From assembly GCA_034226945.1 (NCBI GenBank), contig CP120455.1, positions 558,001 through 622,000 on the forward strand: DNA of 64,000 bases, written 5' to 3'. A model generated the notes under the pieces. That model was not told the DNA's origin, ran no database searches, and was given only the letters and a program-made list of their open reading frames with translations. The stretch comes from Picochlorum sp. SENEW3. Taxonomy: Eukaryota. Position numbers and translations under genes: made by a program. Shown piece after piece: positions 36,905 through 49,778 of this stretch (the stretch's first letter is position 1; the number at the start of each line of letters is the position of its first letter).

Positions 36905-36959
36905 ATAGATTTAAAAATACAAACAGATGTATGTGTGCTAATGATCTCAAGTATGAGCT

Positions 36960-37341
36960 TGCTGGGATCCCTCGATGAATATAATCTGGCAGAGAAGACG
37001 ACAACGATAACGATGAAACTACGGATGATGAGGACAGTGCTAGTGAGTAGTCAGAGTATTCCGAAACAACATCATCCTCCAGTGGTAGCAGTGATGACCC
37101 TGAAGTACCAGAGGAATCAGAGCCTGATCTCGTGAATGAGTTCGCCGAACTGAATACATGTGATTCAGATACTTTTACTCAATGTATGGATCATATGGTG
37201 GCCAAGAAAGTCTCAGATCAGCGCCGAATAGCCATGGACCGACAGGTTGTCGCCAAGGCATCGAGGAATGCCATGAAGAACAAAGGCAAGCGCAAGGGGC
37301 ATACATCTGGCAATAAGGCAATCAGCGCTGTCATTGGTTGA
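36960..37341 (+). pseudogene. Gene 3' fragment resembling a RIO2 kinase C-terminal tail, with an in-frame stop
   Basis: Acidic tract with TAG at ~37048-37050, then QRRIAM..ASRNAMKNKG, which recalls plant RIO2 tails. No kinase domain. Confidence 0.4.
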
Positions 37342-37860
37342 TAGACATGATAATTTTGTGTTTTATTGCTTTGTAATACAGCATAGGATCCGGTGGTAAG
37401 GGGTGACTTGCAGAGAGCTGATGTGCTCTCTCTGTTAACAGAGGCAACGTTGCCAATCGCAAGATTTTGTGTGGATCGCCTTGTCGATCCTCCAGGAGGT
37501 CACCATCTCAAGGCAAAAATGCAATGAGGGGTTTTGCCGCGATGTTGAACTACTGCAGTGTAGACAGCGGGGATACACCGTGATTAGGCACGGCAGTACA
37601 CTAGTGTTGCAAGAGGAGTAGTGCTCACTCGTGAAGCCTAGGCCTTTGGGTAGAAATGAGGGTTACGCGGCGCATCGGCAAGAGTAGCGTAATCGAGGCT
37701 GGCGTGTCAGAACTACGCGGTCTCATCCAATCTTCTTGTCGCACACGACGAGAAGAGGAAAAAATTTTATATTACAGACAATATCTCTCTAGATTTTCAT
37801 GCACGACGTCTGCTTCATGGAGACGAGTGCAAGTCGATTTTCAGAGGAGTCAACCAGGTA

Positions 37861-39058
37861 ATGGTTCACCGGCCGAGAATACTTGCAAGAACTGCTCATG
37901 CTGTCGTCACGTTGCTCTTCGTCGCAAATCTCGTGGTAGGAGGACAAAATGATTCAATAGCATCACTAGCATCTGGAGGACGGCTCTCGACGCTGGGTGG
38001 AACGTGCTTTGACAGCACAGTGAGTGACGAGGCAGTGCTCAGAGACCTCAGAGGGCAGCATGTGAAGTTCAATCTGAAGAAGAGGTATGTCAAGAATGAA
38101 TATTGTTCTCACTCATACAGTGAGTATCTAGTGTGTGTATGGTGTGAATCCATGACATTCTGGGCACAATATACTTGAGTGCAGCATGTATAGAGATGGT
38201 GACATTATTGCTGTGTACAAGTTGGACAGACCAGGACATGGCAGTCTAGCTGGATGTGCGGATGCCTGTCTGTTGAATTGGAGATTAACAAATGATATGA
38301 GTCAAGCTTTGGACACAGACTGCTCTTTAGATGAGAACAGTCACTGCCCCATGACATCTGGAATACTTGTGGCAGACAGAAAGTGTCAGGCATTCATGTT
38401 CAATCGAATCACAAGTGTGTGCACTTTATTATCAGCAGATCGATCCTTAAAGCTTACTGGAAGCAGCAACTTCTGGTCAGGGAAGCTTATGTGCGAGGAT
38501 ATGAATAATATTCATGACTGGGCAGAGAGCATTGTTGGCAGGGTCAGTCCACCACCCCCACCTCCTGCAGACGCCAACATACTTCTTGGATGGCCACTTT
38601 ATAATACCATAGGTGGAGGCCAGCAAGATGTTAATAAAAATCAAATGAAGTCATTGGGAGCTGATATTGCAGGCAGTTTCCCTCTTAATACAAAAGGAAT
38701 TATTTATGAAAAGGGTGGAACCGGATACGGCACTGTTATCTACATGGTCAATGGGACACTATACGTGCAGAGTGGGGCTGGTAATGTGCAAGGTGGGACC
38801 GTGGAGTTGTCCTACACGCCAACATCTACGATTTCAAACATGAAATTTGCAATTGACTTTACAAACCAAACGTACATACTGGCTGTGAATGGGGCCGTGG
38901 TAGACAGAAATACAAATACATATGACAAATTGGCATGCGGGACCAACACTGGTGGCACAAGCAATGAATACGGGGGGTCCACAGCAGTACGTCGTGACAC
39001 ACAAAAAGCTCTTCTCAATGGATTTGTGACATCTTGCAGTCTATATTCATATGGCTGA
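37861..39058 (+). CDS. Secreted protein: PAN/apple-like Cys domain, poly-Pro linker and LamG/ConA-like C-terminal domain
   Basis: Signal peptide; CADAC..CQAFMFN..CTLLS; SPPPPPPA; GIIYEKGG..YILAVNGAVVD. Intron 38085-38184. Confidence 0.65.
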
Positions 39059-39299
39059 TTGAATTTGACATTTCAATTTTTGAATGTTTCTATTGAACTG
39101 CGCATATATTGTAGTCAGAATGTAGAGACAGCATAACACTATGTATTGCATGAGACTGTATAAAGCTTCTATGAAACTTTAAGAATAAATATCTTGCATA
39201 TCTTGCATGCCTTGGCTGAGGATGCCTTGTCCAGAACACATCGTACTGCAGCTTTCAAAAATCCGTTCTCCTGCTGTTCTTTCTAATCTGATGATGATA

Positions 39300-39542
39300 G
39301 TATTATTATTATTTTATACATGCAATACTGCATTAAAAGGCATTGGTATACGAGAGTACTCAGCATGTGCATGAATGACCACCTCGAGGCACACCCATAA
39401 TCATCCACCATGCATGAGGACCTGCATGGCATTGGCTGGCGAGCAACTCATCCTGATGAATACAACCAGACACCACGGATGGCATAATGATGGGATTTTA
39501 TGATCAGCATGGAAGAAATGCAGTGGTTAATCCCGTCACCAT
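39300..39542 (+). repeat. Direct repeat A, copy 2
   Basis: Collinear with 36660-36904. Confidence 0.9.
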
Positions 39543-40397
39543 GTACGCTATCCATATCATTCGGTGCATCTCCTTCTTCTTCTGGAAGAATCTCTGTGGA
39601 AGTTGTATCTCCCTGATGCAATTCCTGATCAATCACTTGAACGAAGATGTAGAAAACTTTAAAGGATAGATCATAGAGGTGTATTGCATGGTAAACGCTC
39701 TGCTCGATCTGGCACGAATATTGTACAACATTGACAACAACAACACCGTGGATCTGAGGCACTTCCTGCCCAATTGACACGATCGTTGAATGTGATGTCG
39801 TACTTGTATCCAGCAAAATTTTTGGGTCTGTCGCTTCAACTAGATTGCAGATTCATACCTAAATACGTAGCCTGTTCGTAGATGATGCAGTCACTCCACC
39901 TTGGCAGTAAGCCTGCCAAGATGAAAAGATTCGGATATGGGGGCAGCGATGATCACTTGACACAGCTATATGGCCTGCATCGCCCTTTCAACACTGCTAT
40001 GCTGGCGCATCACATACATCAACCGAATGAGGCTGTAAAGTATGCCTCTTCTGTTCAGTCAGCATCAAGAACAGTACACGTCTGATGTGGGTTCGGCAGT
40101 CTTTACTGCGACTACCCCGACTTCCACAGCTCTGGGTGTCGTATTTTGCTGTTATAGTACCAAACAAAATGGTCTTACTCCTAGCGGAAGTATGAGATCA
40201 CAGTCTGCAACCCTGTTCCGATCCCCTAGAATGACTAGAGATCTCTAGAGATGACATTGTGCGTGTAACGTAATATGATAACGCCTGGCCAGGGACGATG
40301 ATGTAAAAGCATGTACATAGAAGTCATCTGCATGGCCACACGGAATAAAATCAACTCGTGTTGTACATGCCACTTTCATTTCAACGACAATTCGACA

Positions 40398-41171
40398 ATG
40401 ATGATGCGTCTCAGCCACAGGTGGTTGTGTTGGGTTGTTCTAGTATTCGCGGTGCCGCACTGCCGGGCAGCTTGCTGCGCAGGTGCTACGAAATACGACT
40501 ATGATTGCTATCGATTCCTATTTAACGGAATACGCTTGACTCGTTGCTCCAAGATGTCTATCTGCCCTGACTGCACGGAACTAACAGGATGGCACTGTGG
40601 GAGGGGACCATGTAACGTTTTCGGCTGCAACTGCGACGGAGGATGTCGGCAAAGGCCAGCAGGAGAGACAGGCCCTCGGCAGAGCTACTGTGACAAATAT
40701 GGGCTGCCACCTCAATGGAGAGAGGGATTCTCGAAGAGACTCCTGATGGAGTCAGGCAACATGACTGATACAGCATCTTTGACGACTGATGACACCACAG
40801 TGTCACCTTTCAGGGCATCTGTACAGGACTGCCTGGATGAAGTGGTGGCCAAGTACAACACCTCATCTCTGACCGAGCCTCAGGAGATCAGGGACTGGCT
40901 CCGATGCTTTGACACAGATGCAAATAGCATACTCTCGGCCGAAGAGATCTGCTCAACCCTCAACTGCACCGCATTGGGCATGACATCAGGCCAGATTATA
41001 TCCCAGATGGATGCTGACGGGGATGGCAGCGTGAACATGGCAGAGTTTGACAGCGATCTCCAGAGCTACGGGACCAGCACAGCGCTACCTGCGCTTGGTG
41101 TGCGGAGATTGATTGGTCTGTGGATGGCAACAATAGTAGCATGGGCATCCTGGGATGCAGGGTCTCTCTAA
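40398..41171 (+). CDS. Diedel-like cysteine-rich domain plus EF-hand pair, with signal peptide and hydrophobic C-terminus
   Basis: ACC..CPDC..CGRGPCNVFGCNCDGGC. EF loops DTDANSILSAEE and DADGDGSVNMAE. Intronless. Confidence 0.75.
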   Translation: MMMRLSHRWLCWVVLVFAVPHCRAACCAGATKYDYDCYRFLFNGIRLTRCSKMSICPDCTELTGWHCGRGPCNVFGCNCDGGCRQRPAGETGPRQSYCDKYGLPPQWREGFSKRLLMESGNMTDTASLTTDDTTVSPFRASVQDCLDEVVAKYNTSSLTEPQEIRDWLRCFDTDANSILSAEEICSTLNCTALGMTSGQIISQMDADGDGSVNMAEFDSDLQSYGTSTALPALGVRRLIGLWMATIVAWASWDAGSL

Positions 41172-41596
41172 TGTCTTTGGTTGCCTTCCAGCATGCTTTG
41201 TTGTTGAAGCTGCGCATCATCCGATTGTGTTTGTTTCATCGACGTGATTTCTATCCTGTTTGATTGTACCCGCATCCATGCGATGGAATACAATGATGTG
41301 ATCATGGCTGAAGGCAGATTCATCTGCTACAGGGTGATACAATTGTCAAATATCTGTGATAATGATCCCGACACCATATATACATGTATAAGCAAGCATG
41401 CGTGTGCTGATGATGACGAGTAGTATCACCATCATGCATCATGCAGTAATGTTCACTCACTAGTGGCTGCGCAGTCAGGATTTTAAAATACAAAATCAGT
41501 GTCTCCGCTTAATCTCATAGTTCCTTCGTACAAACAAATACACTTTACTAGATAATAAATAAATAAAACAAGACGGATAGTAAATAATACTGTAAC

Positions 41597-42210
41597 ATGG
41601 GCATGACATCCACAGACGTCGTTACTTCGTTGTCATTGGCACGTGAACATGGCTACGTTCTCGTCGTCTGTCTCGCCTCCTGGTTCATCCATGTACGTTC
41701 TTTTTTTCATGCGAAATGTATTGGTATTGATGAATATCATACGCACTGCGAAGCGACGGTGACCAAAAATGTTGTTCATCATCATCATCATGACTGGTAC
41801 TACACATCCATCTGCAGCATATGTATCCAATGGGAGTCGGAGTGATGAATGCGCGTAAGAAATATGGAATAAAATACCCGACGCTGTATGCGACGGCAGC
41901 ATCGGGGAAGAAGGATAAGGAGATTGAGGCATACAATTGTGTTCAGAGGGGGCATCAGAATTCATTAGAGAATCAGCCAGTGTTTTTAATCAACATGGTG
42001 TTGGCTGGTGCAAGGTACCCAGTGTGTGCGTCTTTAGCTGGATGTATATATTTGGTTGGGCGTGTGGTGTATTTTATGGGGTATTCGAGTGGTGTGGCTG
42101 ATAGGAGATTGTATGGGTTGTTTTTTTATTTTGGAACGCTGTGGTTGATTGGCATGGTTGGTAGGTTTGCATTCGAACTCCTTACTGCTTCTGGCAGCAG
42201 CAGCATGTGA
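41597..42210 (+). CDS. MAPEG family microsomal glutathione S-transferase 3-like
   Basis: Motifs ARKKYGIKYPTLYA, YNCVQRGHQNSLE and GRVVYFMGY. Intron 41693-41817. Confidence 0.92.
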
Positions 42211-42269
42211 TGATGGTGATCATTGTCGTCATGGAAAGCAAGCATTGCTTCTAAACTCATACAGATATA

Positions 42270-43612
42270 TATACGTTGGATACTACTACTATCGAAAGCC
42301 TCAAGAATGTTGCATGCAGTATATCATCATGGTTGGATGAGAAGAATTCATTCAGCACTCTTTTTCGAATCACCATGATGGTCATTGGTACTACTCAAAA
42401 AAAAGTGAAAAAAAGTACCATACCAAGGTCACAGTCGACCAAATCATTGAAGAACGGTTCAGACAGCCACAAGATGGATGGTTACAGAAGAAGAAAGACT
42501 ACATCGTGCAACTATTTCAAAACAAAACACGTCGACTAGTATTTCAGAGCATTGGGGACTACCTGTTTGGAGAACAGATTTTGAGAAAGGTCTTGGACAG
42601 CAACATGGTCGAAAAACCGAATATCGAAACCAGTACGAATGGGGTGTGGCCGTACTATAAAGTTATTTTAGAACTGATCAAAAAAGTGGACGACTCGCCC
42701 GGTGATTTGAAAGTGTATATGGCCCTGAAGATGTTGGTCCTCTTGGTCAGGGTGCCTGTCAGAGACATTCAACCGGATGTCCAGATGCCTCTGCGTGTAG
42801 ATACCTTATCGCTGGATATCAAAACCAATATTCCACAATCCGTCAGGCTCCCCAAACAAAAGATCGTTGATGATGCTGTACAGTTTATGAAGGAAGAGGT
42901 CATGGGACGAACCAATGTCAATATATCCTATGATCTGGATCAAAACCTGACGGCAGATGAAATTATTATCAATGTGGTCAAGGAATTCAACTCCATGTCT
43001 AGGAAAAAGTATATTAATTTGATATTAGGAACGGATGGGTCTCAAGTAACCAGTATCAGACCTACAGAGCCAGGGAAAGAGATCCATTCCTTGGTGTTGC
43101 TGGGGCATCAGTTGTCCCATGTCGTGGATGCGAAGAAATTGTCCATACCATTGATTCAAAAGGAAGAAGATGTATCCAAAAGTGCGGAACGGTATGCTTT
43201 GATTTCGAATACAGTGGTGGAAGTTGTGGATTATACAACTGCGCCTGTGACAATCACCCAGTACAAGCCAGATACACGTATGGGTATGGGAACTCAGTAT
43301 GTATACATTGGATTTCCCCCAAAACGATTCGATTATACATTGTATGCTGTTTCGGATATACCACCGTCATTCAAACAAGATGTTACAGTGATCAAAAGCA
43401 ACCAAGCCAATAATAATAATTATTATGCCCCAGGTAGCAGTTCTACTACTACTAGAACAACAAGCACAGATATTGGACAAGTCATTCAAGTATCTAGGTC
43501 GCCCAAAAAAACAAAAGTGACTGCTACTGATGTGGGGGTGGTGGGTGCTGCTGTAGGTGTTGGTGCCTTGGGATTGTCCAGTGTAGCATTCCTGTTCAGA
43601 GGAGGCCAGTGA
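42270..43612 (+). pseudogene. Intronless virus-like hypothetical gene with a C-terminal TM segment; 5' part interrupted by an in-frame TGA
   Basis: The frame of ORF 42506-43612 is open back to 42341, has TGA at 42338-42340, then is open again upstream. AT-rich. Confidence 0.5.
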
Positions 43613-44146
43613 TTAGCGTACTCGTGGGTACAGTTTTCCAGGAGCATTGGTAATATCATCAGGTAAAAAGTGTCTTATGATACCATCAGCCCACTCAATC
43701 TGTAGAAATCTGTGGTGACCAAACGACGGAAATCGCACAATATCCTTCGCCCTCATATAGCCACCTATCTGTGTATAGAAATCATTGTCCGGACCAGCGT
43801 ATCTATTTAATTTGTGTGTAACATCCAATTCAAGCAAGCCCCATAATAGAGTGACTGTCGCTTTCCGTATGGTAGACTGCTTCCTGGGACATGACACGAT
43901 GCCCAGGGTATACGTTTCTGCACTGGCATCCAAGATACGAGAGAAATCTTTTGTATGAATCCGTATAGTACCTACACCTCTGGAGTTTATATCTTGGAGC
44001 AGTTCCTTCTCGCTTTCATAGTGTTCCTTTTTATTGGACATCGCGACAGATACGGACACACCATCCACTGTCACCCAGGTATACTTTCTCAATTCTTGTA
44101 ATAGCACCCATACACCTACACATAGAGTAGAAATATAAAGAAACAT
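43613..44146 (-). CDS. Intronless hypothetical protein with N-terminal hydrophobic segment (virus-like)
   Basis: Starts MFLYISTLCVGVWVLL after a poly-A leader. Its stop abuts the stop of the opposite gene. Confidence 0.5.
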   Translation of the reverse strand: MFLYISTLCVGVWVLLQELRKYTWVTVDGVSVSVAMSNKKEHYESEKELLQDINSRGVGTIRIHTKDFSRILDASAETYTLGIVSCPRKQSTIRKATVTLLWGLLELDVTHKLNRYAGPDNDFYTQIGGYMRAKDIVRFPSFGHHRFLQIEWADGIIRHFLPDDITNAPGKLYPRVR

Positions 44147-44549
44147 TTTTTTTTGTTGTGTTTTTTTTGTTGTGCACTTTACTACTACAGTAAAGTAGTA
44201 TCCCCACATTCCTGGACCCGATTCGTTAGGGCGGGAGGGACGTTACGCATTTTTCTCTCTCTACAGTCCATTAAATTTCCTGAAACAAATATATTATTAA
44301 ACCTTATTTCAATGCGCAGATTTTGATATTACTTTGAGGCAAAATGATGCACTGTACGCGAAGAACGAGGCTATCGAGTGGAAATGGCTCCGTTTGCCCG
44401 GTCGCCTCCACCCGTTGATGGGCGTAGATGTCCAAAACGCATAACGCTCAAACCTTTATCGTGAAAACAACAACGATTACCAGCAAAACCATTGTTTATC
44501 ATGCTCTCAGGTTGCCATGGCCAAGAGAACTTTCTAACAGATGTAAAAT

Positions 44550-46848
44550 ATGACCATGACGACGTTGGAGCCCACTGATCTGGAAGTTCAGCTTGCTCTT
44601 GGGTTTGAAAATTTGTGCGAATGTCTTCGGGACACTGTTCGTGGACATGGACTCAACAAGAGCAAATGGGCAGAAAGACTTTATCGAAATGTTGATAAGT
44701 GGTCCGAGAAATGGGAAGACCTGCATCGATGCGTTCTTGACACGGACGACATACCAGGCCTTTTGTCGATTAAGGATCCAAAGAAGTATCGCACACCACA
44801 AAGATGTCGGATGAAAGACCAGAAACAGGAAAAGAATATAACAGATAAGGAATATTATCACGTGTTGCTCGAGGCAGCACGCATGCAGGTGCGTTCTTAA
44901 ACAGGTTGACATCTGCTGCTGAACAGAAGACCATTCAACTTCATCCTTTGGTTTGTGTTGATCGCAGGGTGGCACCGAGATTGATGCGAGCAAGTTTGTA
45001 AATGATTTCCCTCGAAATTTATTTTACAGCGAGAAACCTTGGGTGACAACCACAGTTGAGCATCCTCCACGCAGAGCTGGGAATGACCTTGTCTTTTTCA
45101 AATTTTTCACAAACTACCTTGGGGAAGGAAGGGTACCAGAGCATGTCTGGCTTCAGGTAGGGCTTCGAATGCTTCACATATGACTCCCGGGATCCTTTCT
45201 TATCAGGGTGTTGTATTTGTAGGCAAAATTACATCTCTTTTTGATAGAGGACCACATGCGACAACAGCAAGGAGACTACTGTGAACTTGACCCAACTCTC
45301 ATCGCGATTTGCCTTACTCCAAATGGACATCAGCGTAAAGTAATACGTATAGAAGAAGAGGACGAACTTCGGATACTTATAAGGGACAGCGCAGACTATC
45401 ACATTGGTGCAATGCTTCCGCGTTTGCATGAATGTGGTTGCAATAAGGATAGACATGTTCGAATGCATGATGCGCAAGGTATCTCCGACAGTTTTATACC
45501 TGAACAAGATCAAAGCCAAATTGAAGTAGGTACTACAGTGTATAATGTGAAGAAGAAAAAAATCGGTGTTGTGAGGGAGATTATCAAAGCGCACAAGGGA
45601 GCCAAAGTTGCATGGGAAGGTTGTGAGCACAAAAAGTTGAGGTTATGTGAACTGGAAAGCTTGATTGCAACGCCTGTGAGAATAAGAATTGAACCAAAGT
45701 GTGTCGGAGAGCGAGTAGTTATCATGGGAGCGACAGACTTGGCATACGTTGGGAGGCAAGGAACAATAAAGGCTTACAGCCATGACTTTTGCCAAGTCCT
45801 TTTGGATGGCTCCAAGGGAGAGTTCAGACGATTCAGTAGGCGTCTTTTACACAGTACACAGCCTAGTGAATGTGATGTCTATGGACCGCGTGAAATACTC
45901 GAACTGCCTTATGGAGACAACCATCTTGAGGATCTAGAGGTTGTCAATGATTACCTTCTACAGCAGGGCCACGGATTTCAACTGGTCCACAAATATTGCA
46001 CAAAATTTGATTCGCCGTTACTTGAAGTCACGGATGAGAAACTTGAGAGAGAAGGAAGTTCCAGCGAAGAAGATGAGACTTTGATGGTTGAGGAGTATTG
46101 CAGGATTGCCAAGGATAACTCCAGAGTGAGCAAGGGCTATCCAGATGATCGCCTGAGAGCGTTGAAAACAAACTTCTCCCTCTGGTTGTCTGATTGGGAT
46201 ATCAATGCTTACATTTGGCATATTAGCACTCGGTTGGCAAAAGCTTACAGACTGATGAATTCAAACGATCTTGGGGACCCTTTGCAATATATATGGGTTT
46301 GCCAGAGCTATGTCTATGAATCGATATACAATTGCGAAGGAGACCTCGCCCGTATGAGAACTCTGTGGAATCGCATACCACGCTTCGCTGATTTCCTCCT
46401 GCTTCCTGTTGGTTTATCATCTCATTGGAGCCTGATTCTTATTGGGTTCCCACTTGACCCCCAGGAAACTTTCATACTTCATCTAGATTCCTTGTCGAAA
46501 GAAAGTTGCCACGATGCTCGTATTGATATTGACAACATAAAAGTGTTCCTCTCTGCAGGGAAGTACTTTGAGTGTGGGGAAAATTTGCAGTACGAAGATT
46601 TAGATATTGAATCATGCAATTCGCCCCAACAGCCAAACGGATATGATTGTGGACCATACACTCTGGCGTGTATCAAATGTTTCGTGGATGCTATGGAATG
46701 TAAAACTCCATTTTCCGCCAAAGAGGACGTTGTTTCGCTCATCAACCGATGGGAATTCAGTGTCCAGACTGCTGAAGGAATGAGAACTCGAGTCCATCAG
46801 ATACTCAGTGCTGCCAATTCTGGCCTACCGATAGATACTTTCAATTAA
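44550..46848 (+). CDS. Ulp1/C48 SUMO-type cysteine protease with KOW-like repeats (3 exons)
   Basis: Motifs WLSDWDINAY, HWSL, LHLDSL and PQQPNGYDCGPY give a His-Asp-Cys triad. Introns 44889-44967 and ~45157-45222 keep the frame. Confidence 0.85.
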
Positions 46849-49431
46849 CGATGTTTTTGCTTTTTCCTAGGATACAGAGGCTTGTATGTTCGATCTGTGC
46901 TATATCTTGAGAGTCCTTGTTTCTTTTCCTCTGTAATTGTTTCTTGTGTGAAAGTCTCCATCAGCTGAGGAGGTAAGAATTCTTGCAATTGTGATTCCAG
47001 TTCTTCAAGAAGGTCGCAAGCTCTCCTCTGGTTCTCCTCAGGTATACGTCGACACAACTGCATTAATTTAGCACATTTATTTATGGACATTTTCTCATAG
47101 TCCATTTGAAATTTTGCATGTGGCAGCATTTGAAATTTTGCACACTCCTCTTTTGCCAGGGATGTCATGCCTTTATCAGTATCATCCTTTCTATTGCTGC
47201 AAAGTCTAGGCTGTTGAAAGATTTTTGCGGGAATAGCCGCCTCGGCTTCGATACCAACGTTGCAAAGGTCTACAGGTGCTTCATGGAGTACGGCTAACAC
47301 ATGTGCGCAGATCTGTACCCTCAGAAACATGCCACAACTGCAAATGGCCCTCTCGGCGTCGATGAAAAATGTCTCTGTTCGCTTTCCCATATATTCATGC
47401 AACGCGTCAGCCTCGTGCGTGAGTGCGCTGCCTGACAAAGAGACATGCAAGGACTGTTCAACAACCCTGACCAGAGATTTCTTCCTCAGAAATTGAGCAT
47501 GGTTCAACAAAGTTTGATACTTTAACGCTCGACTCTGGGAGTCTAAATACCTTGAAGCAGCTTCTATGTGGATGCAGGCACCAGAATAATTGCGACAGGT
47601 GCACGATAACTCAGCCATGCAGAACCATTCAGAAAAGTTCTCCCCATTTTTCTGATATTGCACGTATCCTTGGCCAATGGAATAATCAACCAACTTGAAG
47701 TAACCCGTCTCAACCAGTTGGGCTACGTTAGATTCCGTGATCTCATTCAGTTCCTCGTTTTTGGATTTTTCAATGCCTGCCTCAATGTTGGCCCTCCTGG
47801 TCAGATATTGTGGAATGACTTTGAGCACCAAGACTTCTAAATGCTCGTCTAATCGTGTTTTCTTCTTCCTGCAAAACCGCTGGCGCAATTGATTGAAGAA
47901 AGACTCGATCAAATTGTTTGTATTTTGCTGCAAATGCCTGAATTCTGTTCGTCCGAAAGCTGCCCACTTGTCAGCACATGACTCCCAACTTTTTTGGTAA
48001 TATGCCACGAATTCTTCCGCATTCGACATGCCCTTGGGATCAAATAAAAGACTTCTCTTGAATGTTTCACTTCTCACCCGAAACATGCGATCATCCTCAA
48101 TTCTGCGCAGGGTTGTGATATCCTTGTGGATTCGATATTTGAGTGCCTTTTTCTCCTTTGCTCCTAGTCCAGACGAATGATGGTTTAGGCGACGATCTAT
48201 TTCTTGCATCATATGAAAAATACACAACAAGTAATTCCCACCGAGTCTCTTAATTGCTGCTATGAGGGCAGAACTTTTATCAATCATGAATGTGGTTTTG
48301 GAAGGGTCTCTTCCGGCTTTCTGCAGTCAATGCAACATACTATTAACCAGTCCATTTACAGGATTTCAACACGATACTGGCCTACCTTAAAAGCCGATTG
48401 GATTAATAATGTCCATTCTTTAGATGTCTCTTTCTCTGATAGCATGAATGCAACAGGAAATGACCATATTCATCCAAGACCAGTATCGTCATGTTGTAAT
48501 ACCCATACTTTGTCATTCCATGGACCGTGTCAAGGAAAACAAGATCTCCAAATTTTTTCAGCATCAATGCTTGGCATGGGGAACAGATTGCAATATGAAA
48601 TTTCTCAGATGGGTAATGCTGTGACAATCCTGCCTGTGTCGCTTGCTGCAAATTCTTCTTGGAATAAGACAACAAGGGAAAATTCGGTGCGTGTATCATT
48701 TGATGGACAGCATCTCCGTCATGTTGAGAGATGCGTGTTCTTCTCCAATGCTTCTGTTGGAAAGCCTTGATGCGGGGTAATGTCAATGATGAAAATGGGT
48801 TAGAAAGGTCTCCCGGAAGTGCACCTCGCTGAAGATGGTCTAGAATCTGCGCAGGTGTCATACAATCAAAGAGCTGCACAGAGAGAGAACCAACTCTTTC
48901 GTAAGAACTTGCTGACAGGCGGGTCAATTGCATGAAAGAACGCACCATTGAGCAAATGCTCTCAATTATCTGATCATTTGATCGAAGCCATCTCATCTCC
49001 TGATAGTTGGCAGCAGGGTCATGACCAGTGTGACCATGCATCGTGACAAAGTATTTCTTTGAAGGCTCGCTTGCGAATCGTACACACCACATCTCATACC
49101 GGCATGCAATGTCTTTCTTGGATTCCACGGAACGCCTACCGTCCGCTGATTTCCTTGCTCTGGTTCTTTTCTTGCCACGATGGCACATATACACTCGTTT
49201 CTCCAGTAAACGCTCTTTATTCATGATTCTTTGATACACTGTTTCATCTTTCATCTTGACCAGACGGGATACACCACAGTCATCGGAAACGGTTGGCTCA
49301 TCCGTGCGCTCCCGTTCCCACTTATCAATCAGTTCTGCACACCAGAAAGACTTTTTAGTAAATATAAAGTACAATAATTGGCCCAACCATGCCAACGCAC
49401 CGATATACTCGTTCATCGTGCGAGTAACCAC
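46845..49431 (-). pseudogene. MULE DDE transposase with N-terminal zinc finger and two SWIM fingers; frameshift at ~48460
   Basis: Motifs VFLDTVHGMTKYGY, then FPVAFML in a shifted frame, FMIDKS, LCIFHMMQ, TNNLIESF, CTC..CIH and CSC..CAH. Intron 48321-48385. Confidence 0.85.
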
Positions 49432-49778
49432 CCGATGTTCGTTGGTGACTTTCTGCGGAATCGCGCAGGCGTTCTACCAGCCCTACATCTGGTTATAACT
49501 ATTATTATATGTGATAACTTACACGTGAGAATTATGAAGGAAAATAAATTATAGTGGACGACGGGGTGACGATTCTGCGCATGTAACCAACCGTCGGAAT
49601 CTCCTTTTCCCTTCTACACCTATCAAAGGCATGCCTGGACCGTGGATGCAGAGTCGCGCTGGAAACATTTGCTTCGTTCTTCACGTACAGTGCATCATTT
49701 TGCCTCAAAGTGATATCAAAATCTGTATATTGTTCTAAGGTTTAATAATATATTTGTTTGAGGAAATATAATCCTACT

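Larger units (their letters stand above)
44270..49772. mobile_element. Mutator-like (MULE) DNA transposon with ~100-bp TIRs carrying a Ulp1 protease gene
   Basis: 44270-44371 is an imperfect inverted repeat of 49671-49772, and the element encodes a MULE transposase. No TSD resolved. Confidence 0.88.

Noticed and set aside
37540..37730. GC-richer stretch with small hairpins, possible ncRNA
   Set aside because: No tRNA, snRNA, snoRNA or SRP signature was recognised.
39448..40250. Short ORFs after repeat A copy 2
   Set aside because: Stops occur in all frames and no family was recognised.
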